Shown here piece by piece: positions 22,048 to 36,100 of a DNA stretch of 64,000 bases. The stretch is from positions 1,426,001 to 1,490,000 of the forward strand of contig SMSO01000034.1 in assembly GCA_004764695.1 (NCBI GenBank), written 5' to 3'. The number at the start of each line of letters is the position of its first letter. Position 1 is the stretch's first letter. Below the pieces are notes generated by a model. That model did no database searches. It was not told the DNA's origin and saw nothing but the letters and a program-made list of their open reading frames with translations. Origin of the DNA: Schizochytrium sp. TIO01. Taxonomy: Eukaryota; Protista; Bigyra: Labyrinthulomycetes. The translations under genes and the position numbers were made by a program.

Positions 22048-23946
22048 TCACTGGCAAGCATCGGGGCTCGACACTTTGATCTTGGCATCATCATCCGTTC
22101 GCCAAGGAAATAGCCCATCGCACTTCTCTACTATCACTGCTGCGTTAGGGTCTACATAATTACGATATTTCATCTTCTTTTGAACAGACTTTTTGAACGG
22201 GAAGCAGAGATTCGAATCATAAAATGGAACTACTGAAGTCTTGTGTTCCCTGATGCGAAGTCTGATCTTAAGAAGAGTTTCATCACTAATTGTTGTACTA
22301 AGATCATACAGTTCAGATGGGTCATTTGTCACATCAAAAAGACAAAACGAGCTCCAACATGATGGATAGCCTATACGTTTTACTTCTGCGAGAAATGTAG
22401 CATTATACTGGGGGTCTGTTGATAAGAGTTCATCTGGAATGACGATACGATCGCCCAAGTCGCCGACGTCTGGAATATACTTGGTTTGTGCCATGTAACC
22501 ACCGGCGCTTTCGATCTTTCCAGGATAGCCTCGAATATATTTCAAAATGCGGTCGTTATCTTCATCGTACCACAAGAATGCATAGCGTGCAGCCTCGGCA
22601 AAAAGCTGCACAGGCAGCTCTGTTCGAGGGGAGCTTCCATTACTAAGAATAGCTTGCCATTGATCTACACCGTCTTCACCCAAGGCAGTGTTGTTGCGAT
22701 CAAGCCCAATGATAGATAGAAGTGTAGCTGGCACATCAACGCCTGAGAAAAGCCCATTATAAGAGCCCCCTCGGCGGCTCACTGGAATAATATTAGTGCT
22801 ATTCGAATAAAAGTAACCTAGCGTACGGACACCACCTTCCCATGAAGTAAACTTGCCACCTCGCAAAGGGAAGTTCCGCCCAGCACGGATTCGGTGATTC
22901 TCAGAGGTACCACAGTATTGTGGATTGACTTCTTCATCGTGCCCACCATTATCTGAGATGAATATAAAAATGGTATCTTCCCACATGCCTTTAAATTGAA
23001 GGGCATTCACAACCTGTGCGATTGCTTTATCAAGTGCACTCACCATACCTGCGTATTGTAAGCGTAGGGTTGTCAAGCATGTCAGGTTTCCTAAAGACTC
23101 GGACATGTTCACATTTAGATCTTGCATTGATGTTGGGCTTTCAATTGGGGCATGTGGAGAGGCCCATGATAAAAACAGGAATAATGGACGGCTAGTGTCA
23201 TGGTTTCGGATGATGCGTTCAGCCTCATCAGCAAAAAACCAATCAGAGTATTCTACATTTGCTAAGACTGATTCACTCACAGCTCTAATTTCACCACCAC
23301 GAGTACTGTTCACTACGGCAGGTACTGTAGTGCACTGGGTGGCCTTTTCATTTGCACAAACTACCGCATCAGACTTCATAGCCTTTTTCCCAAGCTTACA
23401 CATGCAAACCTCCCTTAGTAAAGCTCCAGGTTGCATATGGTTTGTACCTCCAGTATAGTAACCAAGAAAAGAGTCAAAGCCTCTTTCGACAGGAACAAAC
23501 TTTCGTTCGTAATAACCAAGGTGCCACTTGCCAATAGCATGAGTTGAATAGTTCGCGTCAGAGAGGATCGAAGGGAGTAAGGTCATACTTGTCTGAAGTC
23601 CACATGGAAGCTTGTCAGGTGGTGCGAAGTTCAAGTCTGTTTGCTGGCCGTATTTATGCGGGTAAATTCCTGACAGTAGTAAGGATCGCGACGGTGAGCA
23701 GAAACGAGCCATGTAAAGGCGATCAAACCGAATACCATCGTTTGCAAGTTTATCAATTGTTGGAGAGTATACCTTGCCATCATTTTGATAGCCCACGTCC
23801 CAATATCCAAGATCATCAGCTAGCGAAAGGACAATGTTGTACTTTTTAGCAATACCACCGATGATGACTGAGCTCCAAACACAGGCCAAAAGAAGTATTT
23901 GAGCTACTGGGCAGCTCCAACGTGCTAACCTAACTGGGGCTCCCAT
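22048..23946 (-). CDS. Secreted/lysosomal arylsulfatase (ARSB-like, formylglycine-dependent S1 sulfatase)
   Basis: Signal peptide; NIVLSLADDLG, CSPSR (CxPxR), GKWHLG, SDNGG, GGKFTSWEGGVR, LFDVTNDPSE. Confidence 0.93.
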   Translation of the reverse strand: MGAPVRLARWSCPVAQILLLACVWSSVIIGGIAKKYNIVLSLADDLGYWDVGYQNDGKVYSPTIDKLANDGIRFDRLYMARFCSPSRSLLLSGIYPHKYGQQTDLNFAPPDKLPCGLQTSMTLLPSILSDANYSTHAIGKWHLGYYERKFVPVERGFDSFLGYYTGGTNHMQPGALLREVCMCKLGKKAMKSDAVVCANEKATQCTTVPAVVNSTRGGEIRAVSESVLANVEYSDWFFADEAERIIRNHDTSRPLFLFLSWASPHAPIESPTSMQDLNVNMSESLGNLTCLTTLRLQYAGMVSALDKAIAQVVNALQFKGMWEDTIFIFISDNGGHDEEVNPQYCGTSENHRIRAGRNFPLRGGKFTSWEGGVRTLGYFYSNSTNIIPVSRRGGSYNGLFSGVDVPATLLSIIGLDRNNTALGEDGVDQWQAILSNGSSPRTELPVQLFAEAARYAFLWYDEDNDRILKYIRGYPGKIESAGGYMAQTKYIPDVGDLGDRIVIPDELLSTDPQYNATFLAEVKRIGYPSCWSSFCLFDVTNDPSELYDLSTTISDETLLKIRLRIREHKTSVVPFYDSNLCFPFKKSVQKKMKYRNYVDPNAAVIVEKCDGLFPWRTDDDAKIKVSSPDACQ

Positions 23947-26900
23947 TTTATGCCAACGTCAATTTTCTTTACGCTATGCAAAAAACAGCTCTTTAAAGCG
24001 CAGAGCTCTCGTCTCTCGGATGTCCTGGGGTTAAGGTTGTGTAGAGCTCTAGCACAGTTGAAGTTGTTGACCGCGCTTTGACACTCCTGAATCAGCTCAG
24101 GCTACACTGCGTGCAGGCGAGAGCTTTGTTCACCTGACAAAGCTGTATTAGACCTGCGCCCTCAATAGCATGCGTGCAGGTCTTCCCCCAAAGCTATGAA
24201 TACGATTTGATTTAGTTCTGTAGAGCTTTTGACGCGTCCCTCGCTGCCGCAATCGCCGAGCTGTGCAAGTGCTGCGTTTCTTTTTAAAACTGAAAAGGAA
24301 TTATAAAAGACACAAAGTAATGATTTTGTAGTAAAGGTTGAAAGTGCTTCCCCTTTTATAGTAAGGTTTTGATTTTAAATCACATTTTTTATTACACATG
24401 GTTTACGTTCAGAATCGCACGCGCACTTTTGTGCCTATGTCAGAGTTGCCTCTGCGAGGGACGTGACAGTGTCTTTGCTGGGATTTTTATTTCGTAAGGC
24501 AAGCAACTAGTCAACATCGTCGTTGGAAGTAAGGCGTGTCAAAGAAGCGGCAACTTTAGACTGGGAAGGCATGTTAAGCTGGTTAAGCTCTCGTTGGAAA
24601 CTCGTGAGTGAAAATCACGGACATGGGTTTGGAAGGCCCCAAGACCCAATGCTCTGCCTCTGTAGCGCTAAATAATTATTGGACTATTCCCTAGATTGTT
24701 TTAATGTAATTTTTAAAGTGTTATCCGGAATAGGCTTCAAGTTGTTTCTCTAAACGAATCATTCCACTAGATTAAGTAGGTGCAGATTATCAACCTGGCT
24801 GGTCGCTTCCAAAGGCTACCTACTGGCTTATAATGAAACCGTCATGTTTGAGGAGGTGCTATGCAGCGTCTCACGAGTAAAGTTCGCCGTTTCTTTGTCA
24901 AGTTGACTCGCCATGCTCACAAACACAGCTACCGTCGCTCGCCTCATTTCTCATTATTGGAATGCATTGACGACTTGAAGTGTCCTTAAGCACCCCGAGA
25001 AACCATAGTACCAAGAGGATCGAATTTCTTGAGCTTTACTCTCAGTTCAAGATGATTAAGTAGTTACTGGACACATTATTTTTTTAAATAACTTTTCTTT
25101 TCAAATCAAACGTGAGCTAGAAGATAGTCGGCCACTCTTCACACTCTTATCTAAGAGAGTTCTGCGTTCCAAACTACAATACTTTGAGATTGCTAAAGAC
25201 GTCAATTTTATGGGCAGTACCTAGCCTATATTCAAGTGGTCTTCAAGTTGTTTACCACGGAGAAAAGACAAGCCTCGACGAAATACTATGTGAATGATTT
25301 GAAGTTGAATAGTTGCATCCATCCATTTAAAGTTCAGGGCAGCGTTTGCAAAAGTGCAGGGGAACGGAGGGAACTAGAAAAGAATAGAACGACAACTTGT
25401 TTCAACTTTTCACATTCATAGCAGGTGGGTAACAATTGTATGTATTTTGTGGGATTAAAAAACAAAGAGACAATTGATTTACCTTACGAGTTGACAAAGA
25501 TCTCACAAAATCTAACACTCGAGTCTCTTGGCAAATTGTTTCCATCTAGGCCTAGATTTTTGTTGTTGTTGGGGGGTTACCATCTTTAAAATTACATTTA
25601 CATAACAAACATAGCAAGTGGTGTTGTTTTATTTAGAAACCTTTATATAAAAGCATTTTAAATGTCTGGACAGCCTTTTAAAAACAATGTTTAACTTTAA
25701 TCTTAGTCAAGAAATGCAACAAGTAAGAGTGGAATTTAAATCTTTGAGTATCGTGCTTCAGTACTCCTTACACTGCTTAAGTCGGCCAGAAAGCTTTATT
25801 TTAGTGGCAAGCTCTACCGCTAGACGTGTAGCCCAAACAATATTTCCGCACTTGTATCTGCCAGAAATATTAAAAAAAAATAGCACAAAGGTATTCAGAC
25901 TACGTTCTGTTATGGCTTAAATTTTTTACCCAAATGAAAAGATTTTGACTCATAAAAGTGAGGCTATTTTCTCCTAAATGTACTACGTTTCGTTATCAGC
26001 ACTACTTTAGTGCGTTCTATGGAACATTCTGCACTTGGTGTAGTTTTTACCCAAAAGAAGAATAAGAATCAAATGAGGGAGGGAACGACCTCGAGTACAA
26101 CAAACTTGTGCTCTTCTTGACGCAGTCGAGATTCCCTTCTTCTACTATGCTAGACCAAATTGAACATTTTTGACTGAGCTACAAAGTTACCGCTCCGTTC
26201 TATCATCGTCTAAGGAAGACCCTTGTAGGAGAATATAGGATCGCATGCCTCGATGCTCTAGTGCTTCCACAAGAACGAAGGTTTCAGGCTATTCTACCCA
26301 TGATTCAAATTGGCACAGACTGTGATTGATTGGTGGGTAGCAATTTTCAGAGTGCTCGTGCTGGTTGGCGCTGGTATAGATTGATGGTTATCAGGTCCTG
26401 CTCCTGAGAATTAGTTAGTCTAAAATAAATAGCCTTGATGCGAGAATATCAAATCAGCTAACACCCGTTTTTCTGTAGGAACTAAGTACGAAAAGCTCTG
26501 TCTTCCATTCGACGAACATGGTGTTGTATAAAAGTGCCAGTGGCTCTTCTATTGTGGGTCGACCTGCGACTTATTGATTGTTGTCTTAAATGAGCAACCA
26601 ATCTGATGCTCTATGAGACTTCGAGAGATATTGATCATAGAAAACTGCAAGATAAATACAAAACAGCGTTGATTGTGTATCAAGAACTTCAAACAGCTAT
26701 GTCTAAAGTGGTAAGGTAAGGTTCACCAGTATTGCAGGTAAGGCAATAAACATTTAGCAGTCTCTTTAGCTTAGCACATTTCACAAACTCTTCATCAGCT
26801 TTAGTTCTTTGAAAAAAGTATAGGCGCTTTTATTTGATTCACCAATGTTATTCACAGGCAAGCGAATGAACTTATCTTTGGTATTTGCTGGTGATTGGCG

Positions 26901-28844
26901 CAGGTATTTTTGGACACAAGGAGGTCTTAGACGCATGGACGCCAAGGTATTACTTATCTAGTCTAGGTGCTATTGCCAAGAAACATTCCCATTCGTCAAG
27001 GCAGAAATGAAATTCTTTTCATAGGAAAATTATCATTCGATCATTGCTTAAGCAGGCTAGGCAGGTTAGTCTCTAAACGTACTTGAATTTGTTGCATCAG
27101 CACAGCATGGTATACTATACTACTAACCCCATAGATATATATATAAAGATAGTAGGTAGGTAGGTCCCTAGCTAGGTACCGCTGCTGGTAGTGACCTGAG
27201 AAAGTACTAAGTAGGTAGAACTTAACTAAGTAACTATTGCATGTCTCGATTTCTTACTGGAATTACTTGTAGCTCTGCTGCCTCCTGGCACGCACTCTAT
27301 GCATGTCCAGTACGGAGAGACTAGCTAGCACGGCCTGCGACAAGTTTGAGCGTACTGGCATACTCCAGCTAAGACTTCTACGACTTCTTCAGTATTGCGT
27401 TTCGAGCAAGTGACGCTGGTGTTTAATTATCAACTATCCCCCAAAGCACAATAACTTCTAACCAGCAGCAGCTGAAAAGCCCTTCTCTAGAGATGAATTG
27501 GTACCTAGTAGGTGTCAAACTTCGATATCTCGATGGTTATTTTGCCAAATGGAAACTTCATTATTTGGTCGCCTCTAACATGTGTTTATGTATAGACCAA
27601 CCATGGTTGTATCATATCACATCAATGCTCGAAAGATTAGTGCGTAATTAATTCATGAATGGACGCATACTCTCATACGTCGAGGACTATGGCGAAACGT
27701 CTTTGAGCGCTCACAGCTTAAGCCATCCCAATGTGCACTATGTTACGCAGCATTCTCAATTGCCGAGATGAGGCTCTACAATCGAACGCCACACCTGCTT
27801 TTGCAGTTCGCATTGGTCGTCGGTCACGGCGCCCAAGCTGCTGATGATTGATATCAATGCCTTGCGAAAGCTTTCAACCTCCACCAAAGGCAGCGCTCAT
27901 TTTGTAGGGCTTTGGCCATCGAGCTCCAGCTCTCCCACAGCAGTACGTGCACTCTTGTTCTCGACAACGAGAACACATTGAATGTCGGTGACGATAGGAA
28001 ACACAACTCAACGTACCATCCTCCCACAGAAGTTTATCAGAGCGAGCGCAAGAACTCCAACGAGTTCGTCACCATCTGCGCAGACGATCGCAGCTTTCTC
28101 TGGGTAAGAACTCGCAGGCAAACTTGCAGACAAGCAACCTCGTGGGAGACCAAGCCAAGGCTTGAGAACGCGGCAGCGGCAGCAGCGGTCAGACTTGTCG
28201 TCGTGGTTCAGGATTGGAGAGGACCAATTTGATGTAAGGGGTGCTTCGTTTCAGTCTTGATGAACTAACTCTGAGGAAAGCATGGATTGCTCGTAATAAA
28301 ACGAGCATGCTAACGGACTTTGGACACGCATTTGCTGTAGCTTGGTTCGGAAAGGGCGAACGGAGCACACGAAGCAGCTCGACCTTCCTTGTTCTGGTTT
28401 CTTTGTTTGTCTGTAATCGACGAAAGCACCACCGCCGATTTTATAGATTTTAAGGCACGTGAAGAAAGAAGAAAACTACGCTGCTGGATATGGCTAGCGT
28501 GGCGTGGAAGAGTTTACAGCCTGAGATCAAGATCGGTAGAGAAACCACCCACTGCCAGCGGCGGTGCCGAAGGGGACCAGGCACGGGGTCTTGGGCCCAG
28601 CTCGATTGCAGTCTCAAGAATACTAAGCTTTATTGTCTTCTTCGTTCCTGATCCGTCTAAGATTGATTATCTTTTATATAATACCTTCAACAGAAAATAA
28701 AACAAATTGAAAAAAATTGTCCACCAGCGAATAGGGGTTATATACCCTAAACTATAGCACTCGCCTGGCTCGGGTCCCTTCCTTTAAGTGTGGCCTTCCA
28801 CAATCTCTTCAGAATAGGTGAGTCAGAGTTTCACTCTTCTACTT

Positions 28845-29796
28845 TCATTGACCTCTGACAAGAAAACTCAGGCCCTCTGAAGCAGAGGAAGGGGTCTGAG
28901 AAAGAACTGCCGTCCTCAAGCGCGACTGGTCTGGCCTGGATATAGAGCAAGAGGAAGGAAACCCTGCGGTCTTTAAGGGGACTCTGGAGATATTCTGTAC
29001 TTCGAGTTCGCCTGCGAATGCTAACAGGAAATTTGGCAATTCCAATGCTCGCTTCTTCAGCGCCATTTCATTTCATGCTGCGTATTCTGTGTTTGATATT
29101 CGCGACAAGGGCGTTCTCGGCCGCCGTGTCGATATCTTCAGTCGAAGGAATCAGTCTGTGTCAACCGTCTCGTAACTAGCTGGTTATCGACCTCGACGTT
29201 GCTCTCGACACCTGTGGTTATTGATCTGAGCTTTTGCAGAAAATGCGACGCTTGTGGAGCTCGCTTGGCCGCCATGAATTCACCATCTGAAGGACTCCGT
29301 TTCGTTTCGTCAATGGGATTTCTTTCTCTAGGGAGCCCGTGAAGATTGCAGTCGTTTACAAGCTCAAGGCGAGCAGCCCTATTCGCCACAAAAGAGAACA
29401 TGGCGGAGCCTCGCGCATCGAGGCACGAAGAGAACAAGGAAATGGCTTCGTAATTGTCCTCGTTTTCATATGTGCAGAGTGCCAAAGAAGCACATTGAAA
29501 CTTCACAGCGGCTAGATGTAGCTTCGCTCAGATTGTCGCAAGTTGTCGCTGTACCACCAGTGATGGAGTAAACCCGATCTGTAACTGGAATGCCTTTCCG
29601 TCACAAGGTTTTGTGCGTTAAGTAGTCTCTGCAATTCCAGGTAAGATTTCCTCTTTCTGTAAACCAAGCAATCAAAACAAACAACGCCGAGCACATATTT
29701 ACATCCCGTTGCACAACTATAAAGTTGGTTATTCTCTAGAGTATGGTCGGTGATTGCAAACCTTTGAAAGGTTGCTTTGTCGTTCGAAGACCCCAT
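28845..29796 (-). pseudogene. Possible decayed gene: three collinear ORF fragments in three frames, the first weakly PX-like
   Basis: ORFs 29512-29796, 29138-29506 and 28845-29066 are co-oriented. KYVLGV...VYRKRKSYLELQRL weakly resembles PX 'Y.i.v...v.RRYseF..L'. Confidence 0.25.
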
Positions 29797-30105
29797 GAAC
29801 GAACCGAATGCCCTTTCACTTTCTTTACGTCGCTTTGGTCTCTGTTTCGATGATGGACGATCTTATGACTTCTAAAACTCATGAGAAAGGAAGAAGGAAT
29901 TAGTTTTATTCCTTTTCGTGATCGTGATCATTGTAAGAGTAATTTATCATGAACTTTAATTAGGCCTTATAAACAAATAAACAAATAAACAAATTAAGAA
30001 GAAAGAAGAAAGAAGAATGATGATGATAATAATTGAGGTAAGAGACAGAAAACCTGGCAAACAAAGCATCATTTCGTCAATGCGCGGAGGCTGCAGCGAC
30101 GCAGG

Positions 30106-33100
30106 ATGTCGGGTCCCGAGCGGCGGCGCCCTCGCGTGAGTAGTGGAGGCTCAGGACCGTCGGGCCTTGGGTCTCGTAGCAACGTATGGGCTGCGTCGCA
30201 GGCTTCCAACGGCCGCGGGGACCCGGACTGGCGCATCGATGCCAACCCTGACAACGACAGCACTGACAAGAACGACAACAACGAACTCAATAATGAATTC
30301 AACGATAAAGAAAGAACTGCCATTGGCGGCGGAAATAATGGAACTCAAGGTCGACGAGGAGCTTACGCAGCTTCGAAACGCAATAGTAGTCACCGAAACG
30401 GGTACCGGGGCGGTCCTGAAGAAATTGCAAACCTTGAAATGAGGCAAGGGGATTTTTTCGAAGAGGATGCAGATCGTGACATTCAATATCGTGACGAAAT
30501 GTACAACGAGATCGATGGCCTTGAAAATCATGAGGATGATGAAGACGATGCAGGCATGCCTTGGACGCAGGTTCCTGAAAATAGCGGTGCTCGAAGGCGC
30601 AAAGATCGAGGTGGTCTTCAGATGTTACTGCACGACGACGACATCCAATCTATACCGACCTCTGTCTCGCCATCAGTAGCCAGCTCTTCTGTGCAAAGTC
30701 TATTTCGTAGGAACGCCTATAGCAACTACAATGGTAACAGTAACTACAGCGGCAGCAACTACAATCGGAGTGGCAAAAACTACAACAACAGCGGTGGGAG
30801 TAGCAGCAATAATAGCGGCGGACGTGGCAGTAGTGTGCTTTCGAAGAAAAACTCGAGGCTAGCGCAGGAACTTTCTATGAGCAGAAACCTAGACTCGAGA
30901 AGACTTCATGATAGCTGGGCTCACTCTTCGTCTTCCATGGGGTCATCAAGACCGTCACTTTATTCAAACTCCTCTCAAGGCTTCTTGCAAAAGTCCTGGG
31001 GGGTCCTGAGGGGGTCAAAACATCCACCATCATCAGGAGGCACTCATAGTCAATCCCAAACAGCGAGTACAACTACAAGGTCCTGGTCGGCTTCAGTGCC
31101 CACAATGATTCTTGTCGGTGTGATCTCTGTGTATGGAGTGTTGTCAGTGTTTGTAAATTTAGGCTTTAGGCTTTTAGGAATTCAACTACCGATGTTGCTT
31201 GCGCCGATTCTCCTCATTGTTATTTCTGGAATTATATTAGCGCGCCCTGGCACTTTGGCGTCGCTGCTTTGTACAGGTATCAACCTGGTGGCACAAAGGG
31301 CAATTGGGCTAAACACACGCGCTGAAATTGGCCGCATCGATCTTCTTCGCCGCCGCATCGATGGCATGGGTATTTACTGGGAGGATGTTTCAATCGTTGA
31401 AATTGAGGAGATCTCATTGCAGTTTACATCTCGAGCGATGCACGAATTTCATGGCCCGACTAGACCATTACTGACCCTCATGGTGAGTGGCGTTCATATT
31501 AACATGTTACATGCCCTGATTGAAGCGTTCTTAAACTCCGGAGCCGTATCAATGAGTTCAAAACAGCAAACTGGACAACAGTCGCCATCTTCTATGGACT
31601 CAACAGCAGGTCCTTCTGCAGGACCTGGGTCGCCAGCTCCGCCTAGTAATCTGCCAAGTACAAATATTAATAGCAGGGGCTCTGCTGGGCAACAAGGAGG
31701 GTCTAATAGTCAGGCCACTTCTGAACAGCAGTTCTTGCGCCAAAAGCAACAAAAGAAGCTTGAGAATCAACAGAAGCTTTTTGGACGAATCGTGTGGATT
31801 AGTGGCTTCTTGGTTGCAGAAGTTGATCGAGTAAATCTTCGATTTATCTCGAGTGATGTCAACTTTGATCTTCAGGCTCATAATCTACTACTTTCATGCT
31901 CGAAGCGAATTGTTTCTGGCCACAAAGACTCGCAGAAAACGGAAAGGTATTCTTCTGGTAGTAGAGGTATTGAAATTGGCGGAGCAAGCATGAACACTAA
32001 TCCTAAAACACCCGATAGTAGTTTTGCGTGGACTGCAAATGAACTGTTGACAATTGCTGAAACGAGACTCACAATGGGGAAGTTTTCTATTGACGTGGGT
32101 TGTGGCTTGAATGCTACCCCAATTTTCAATTTAGATGGCCTTTGTATTGAGGCAGGAGTTGCACACTCCTCAGAGAGTGGGTCTCACCCAGTCTGTGCAT
32201 GCCTTTCAGGCTCAAAACAGAATGTAGGAAACCGCGCCTCACTCCCCAATGGAGGGTTTTTAATTCACAATCTCTCAATAGGGGCAAATGAAATTGACTT
32301 GTTAGCCTCTCATAATCTTGTGGCAGCGCTTCGTGTGGTTATTGGTCTTCAGAAAAAGTCTCATATTAATCATTTGCCGCATGATGGTGGAAGAAACCAC
32401 TTCATGCCAGATGCTTCTGAATCAGCCACTGCTCCACTTGATACACAGGAGGACCTGGCTACAATGTCCGCAGAACGTCGCATTGAGCTTTCGCGCAAAG
32501 AGCGTTTGCCAGGCTTGCGTAAGTCGCGCACTTCTTCAGAACTTTCAGAGGATACTGCTATGAGTGAGCTCTCGATCGATTCCGCAGGCTGGGAGTGTGA
32601 AAGGTGCCGTTTTTATAACCAGCCTTTAGATCTGGTATGCACAGTTTGCAAAATGCCGTCTGATTCTGACGCTGCAAATACTGAGTCTTCTGAAGCACAC
32701 GCAGGCGTAGCTCAGGCACCCAAGGCAAAGTCTCGATCTGCAACCTTGGAACCTCAGGAATTCGGAGCCTCAAAGAAAAGGCCTTCCAATATTCAAGACA
32801 AATCTAGGAGACCTGTTCCAGGCACTCTCGCAATGGATGATTTTCTCCAAGTACATGGTGATGACAATATTGAGGAGGATGAAAAGGACGAAGAGGAAGA
32901 CGAAGAAGATGAGGAGGAGGAAGAGGACTCTCCAGGTAGTATGTCCCACAAACCCAAGGAAGCAGTCAGGTCAGCCCCGGAGGTAATCTTGCAGAGTTTG
33001 CTGCGGAAACTTCCCACTCTTTGCGAGGTCCAAATCTCGACGCTTCTTTTCGCTGTTCAGGGCGAACGTGCATCACAAACGATAGGTGGCGGGGCCATCT

Positions 33101-36100
33101 TGCACTGTCAAGTCCAAGGACAACTAGCTATAACCCAAGCCAAACCTCCTCCTGGTATATATGAAGAATCTCAAAAGCTTGTTTCAAGATCGATTGTGCT
33201 GAATTCACGCATACAGCACTTGACCGGTGCTGTGCTCCCATGCTCATTTGAACGCATTGCAGCAAACCAAATTTCAATGCGAGAAAGCAGAAACTTTATG
33301 CTACTTCCCGAACTAAGAAAGCATACTTTCTTGCAAGTTCGAGATATTGAAACACGTTTCACAGCTGATATTAATGTCACCAAAGGTAACCGTAATGATC
33401 CGTCTTTAAAAGATACGTCGACCTCTCCTCCAAAATCTACACGAGGTGATGACCGTAGCGACATCTCGAGTGATGACATTGAAGGTATAGACGTCTCGAA
33501 AAGGGACAGTAGCTCAGCTTCTGAAGATAACAGTGACGAAGAGGATGAAACTCTCAATGCTGGTGAAAGGGGCAGTCTAGGCACCCTAAATAAAGAGCCT
33601 GGTCGTGCATGGAGTTGTCCAATTTGCAACAACCGCAACACAGGTTCTGATCAAGTTTGTGGGCTATGCCAAGAACCATACGACGCAGTTGTTGTTCGTC
33701 CAGCATCTTGGTTTGACATGTCTCCTATTTCTGGGGGCGCATTAAAAACTGCGCAAAATGATCATCATCATGATACTTCTATTCGTGTAGAGCTTCATGT
33801 CCGCCAACCAGAAGTCCAGGCCAGCTTAACTGCGTTTGAATGCCTAACAAATCTAAAAGGTGCCTTGACACAAGTAGATGATGATGAGGATGACGAGGAT
33901 GACGAGGATGGTAATGATTACGATGATGCGGACGAATTAGAACCCGGAACGATCTTACATTCAGGCCGCGGGACAACGAAGGGGGGTGAAACCCCCAAAG
34001 CTAGCCAACCAGCAGTCGTCATAGGTCACGGCATGGCGGAAGACGACTCTACCGAGATTCAACCCAGCAAGCCCGTGCCGAAAAAATCTGCATTTACTCC
34101 TTGGATGTCAGAAGTTATTGGTGTCTCTTTTACTAGGACTGTCCGCTTGCACTTCGAGGTGAGTGAAGCATCTTGCAGAGTGCTTCCAATGACGCCAGTT
34201 TCCTCGCGTAAGTCTGTTAACATGGGCACAACTATTAGTGCTACACAGGTTACGGCAGAACTGCACAAGATTACCTTTAAAATTAAACTTGATCATGCTA
34301 TACCACCCGCACTTGCAGCGCTTGCATTGCGTAACGCTCGCAATGCTCGTAAGTCTGGCAAGCCTTTGACTGGTCAAAAACATGGAGTCCAAGTCATGTT
34401 CGGTGCGTCAGACATTTCTATAGGCCCCATGTCAATTTGGCAAGTATTTACAGCTCGCGAAGCAAAGTACAGGGCCAATGAAGTTAGTCAGTGGAGCACA
34501 CAAGTTCCTATCGGTAATGTGGATCTAGATGAGAGCAAACGAAGATCTCGACTTGTTCATGTGTCAGGACCAATTTCCACAAATGTTCGGCTTCAATGGG
34601 AGAAGTCTGCTTCAGGTCCACGTTTAGCAGCTGTGAAAGTTCTCGGGTCAGATCCAGGCGTCCGGATCAACCTTCATGGCGCTTCTGTGTTGCGTATTCT
34701 TGCGCTTGTCTATGATTACTCAAATGAATATTTGCGTTGCTTTAAAACGCAACTCCAGCCAACTCATGTTGGTCGTGGGAACACTAATTTTCCTCAACAC
34801 ACGCGAAAGGAGAATCAGCCTAAAGGACCTCGAGCTGCTGTTGCGTCATCTACAGGGCCGACAGCTTCCGCTATAAAGCAAGCCCAGTTTTTGACGGCAC
34901 TCAAAACTAAACTCCAAGTTTCAATTACCTTTAAAAAGCTGTCTGTTGCAGTCCATGCTGTTGATAGTCTTACAAATACAAGGCACGCGTTTCGTCTATC
35001 ACTGCCTGAACTTTCCATTGACGCCTGCGGAGACAAGCCAATCAAACTTCGGTTGCGGAAAACAACGGGTTCACTTGCAACCAGCACGAATACAAGCTCC
35101 ATGGGTACATACAATCCATTTTTCAAGTGCAGCAAGATCTCGCTCGACATAATATTCGGGAAGTCCGAAATTGCAAATGTGCCCCTTACTACTTTGGATA
35201 TGAAGATGTACCTTGTTCAAGTGACACAAGGGCCAGATATCCAGTTCGGTCTTGCATTGCAGGCCTTGCTTCGTCAGCGCAAAGCTTTGCGCCAAGGGCT
35301 CAGAGATCTAGCAGCTCGTCGCGTTATTCTGAAGTCTTCATCTGCAAGGAGCTCACCTACAAACATGAGTCAACATCAACCTAACAGTGCTACAAGCACA
35401 TATTCCCCGCTAACAGGAGTTAGCTCCCCTACGGGCTATGCCTCTGGCGTCAATAGCGTTTTTGCAGCAAGTTTCGACCCGTCAAAGCCATTGTTTGTGT
35501 CTCCAAAAGTTGATACGCGCAAAACAGTACAGCAAAGCTCAAGTGCGAAGAAAGGGTCGCACCGGCAGATCCATATCAAACTGCAAGTGGACGAGCTGCT
35601 GCTACGCTTCTTGCACGATGAAGACAGTTTCGTTGAAGATCCAAGACTCGAAAAGTATCGGCCATCAAAGAACAGCACTGCAAAGTCAATTCCGCCTTAT
35701 ATTGGTTATATTTGCCTTGAAAAGACATCGATCGGTTTAGAATGGGATAGTGTTGAGCACTCAAAAGAAGGACTAATTGATTTAGTGTGGGCATTTGATG
35801 ATTGTTCAAGTGACACAATTCCACGAGCAGCACATGCCCACGGATTTTCTTTTGCTCTGGGAGCACGGATTTTCCAGTTCGACGTTTCACACTCTCTCTT
35901 TCAGCTGCGCAATCATAAACGCCCCCTTGCAGAGGCATGGTCTCTCTCTGTCGCTCGGCCCTGCACCATTGTGCTAGCAGAACTCCGAGGTACGTCTGCA
36001 TGCATCTCAACTGTAGATGTTGTTCTCAGCGAGGCCTTCCCTGGTATTTTTTCTCATGATGTTACTCTTGAGCCGCAAACTATGCTTGATTCAATGTCTC

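Noticed and set aside
27648-28232. Selenoprotein or read-through at the in-frame TGA; HEWTH as a metalloprotease motif
   Set aside because: No start codon upstream of the HEWTH motif, no redox motif around the TGA and no SECIS recognised; probably chance.
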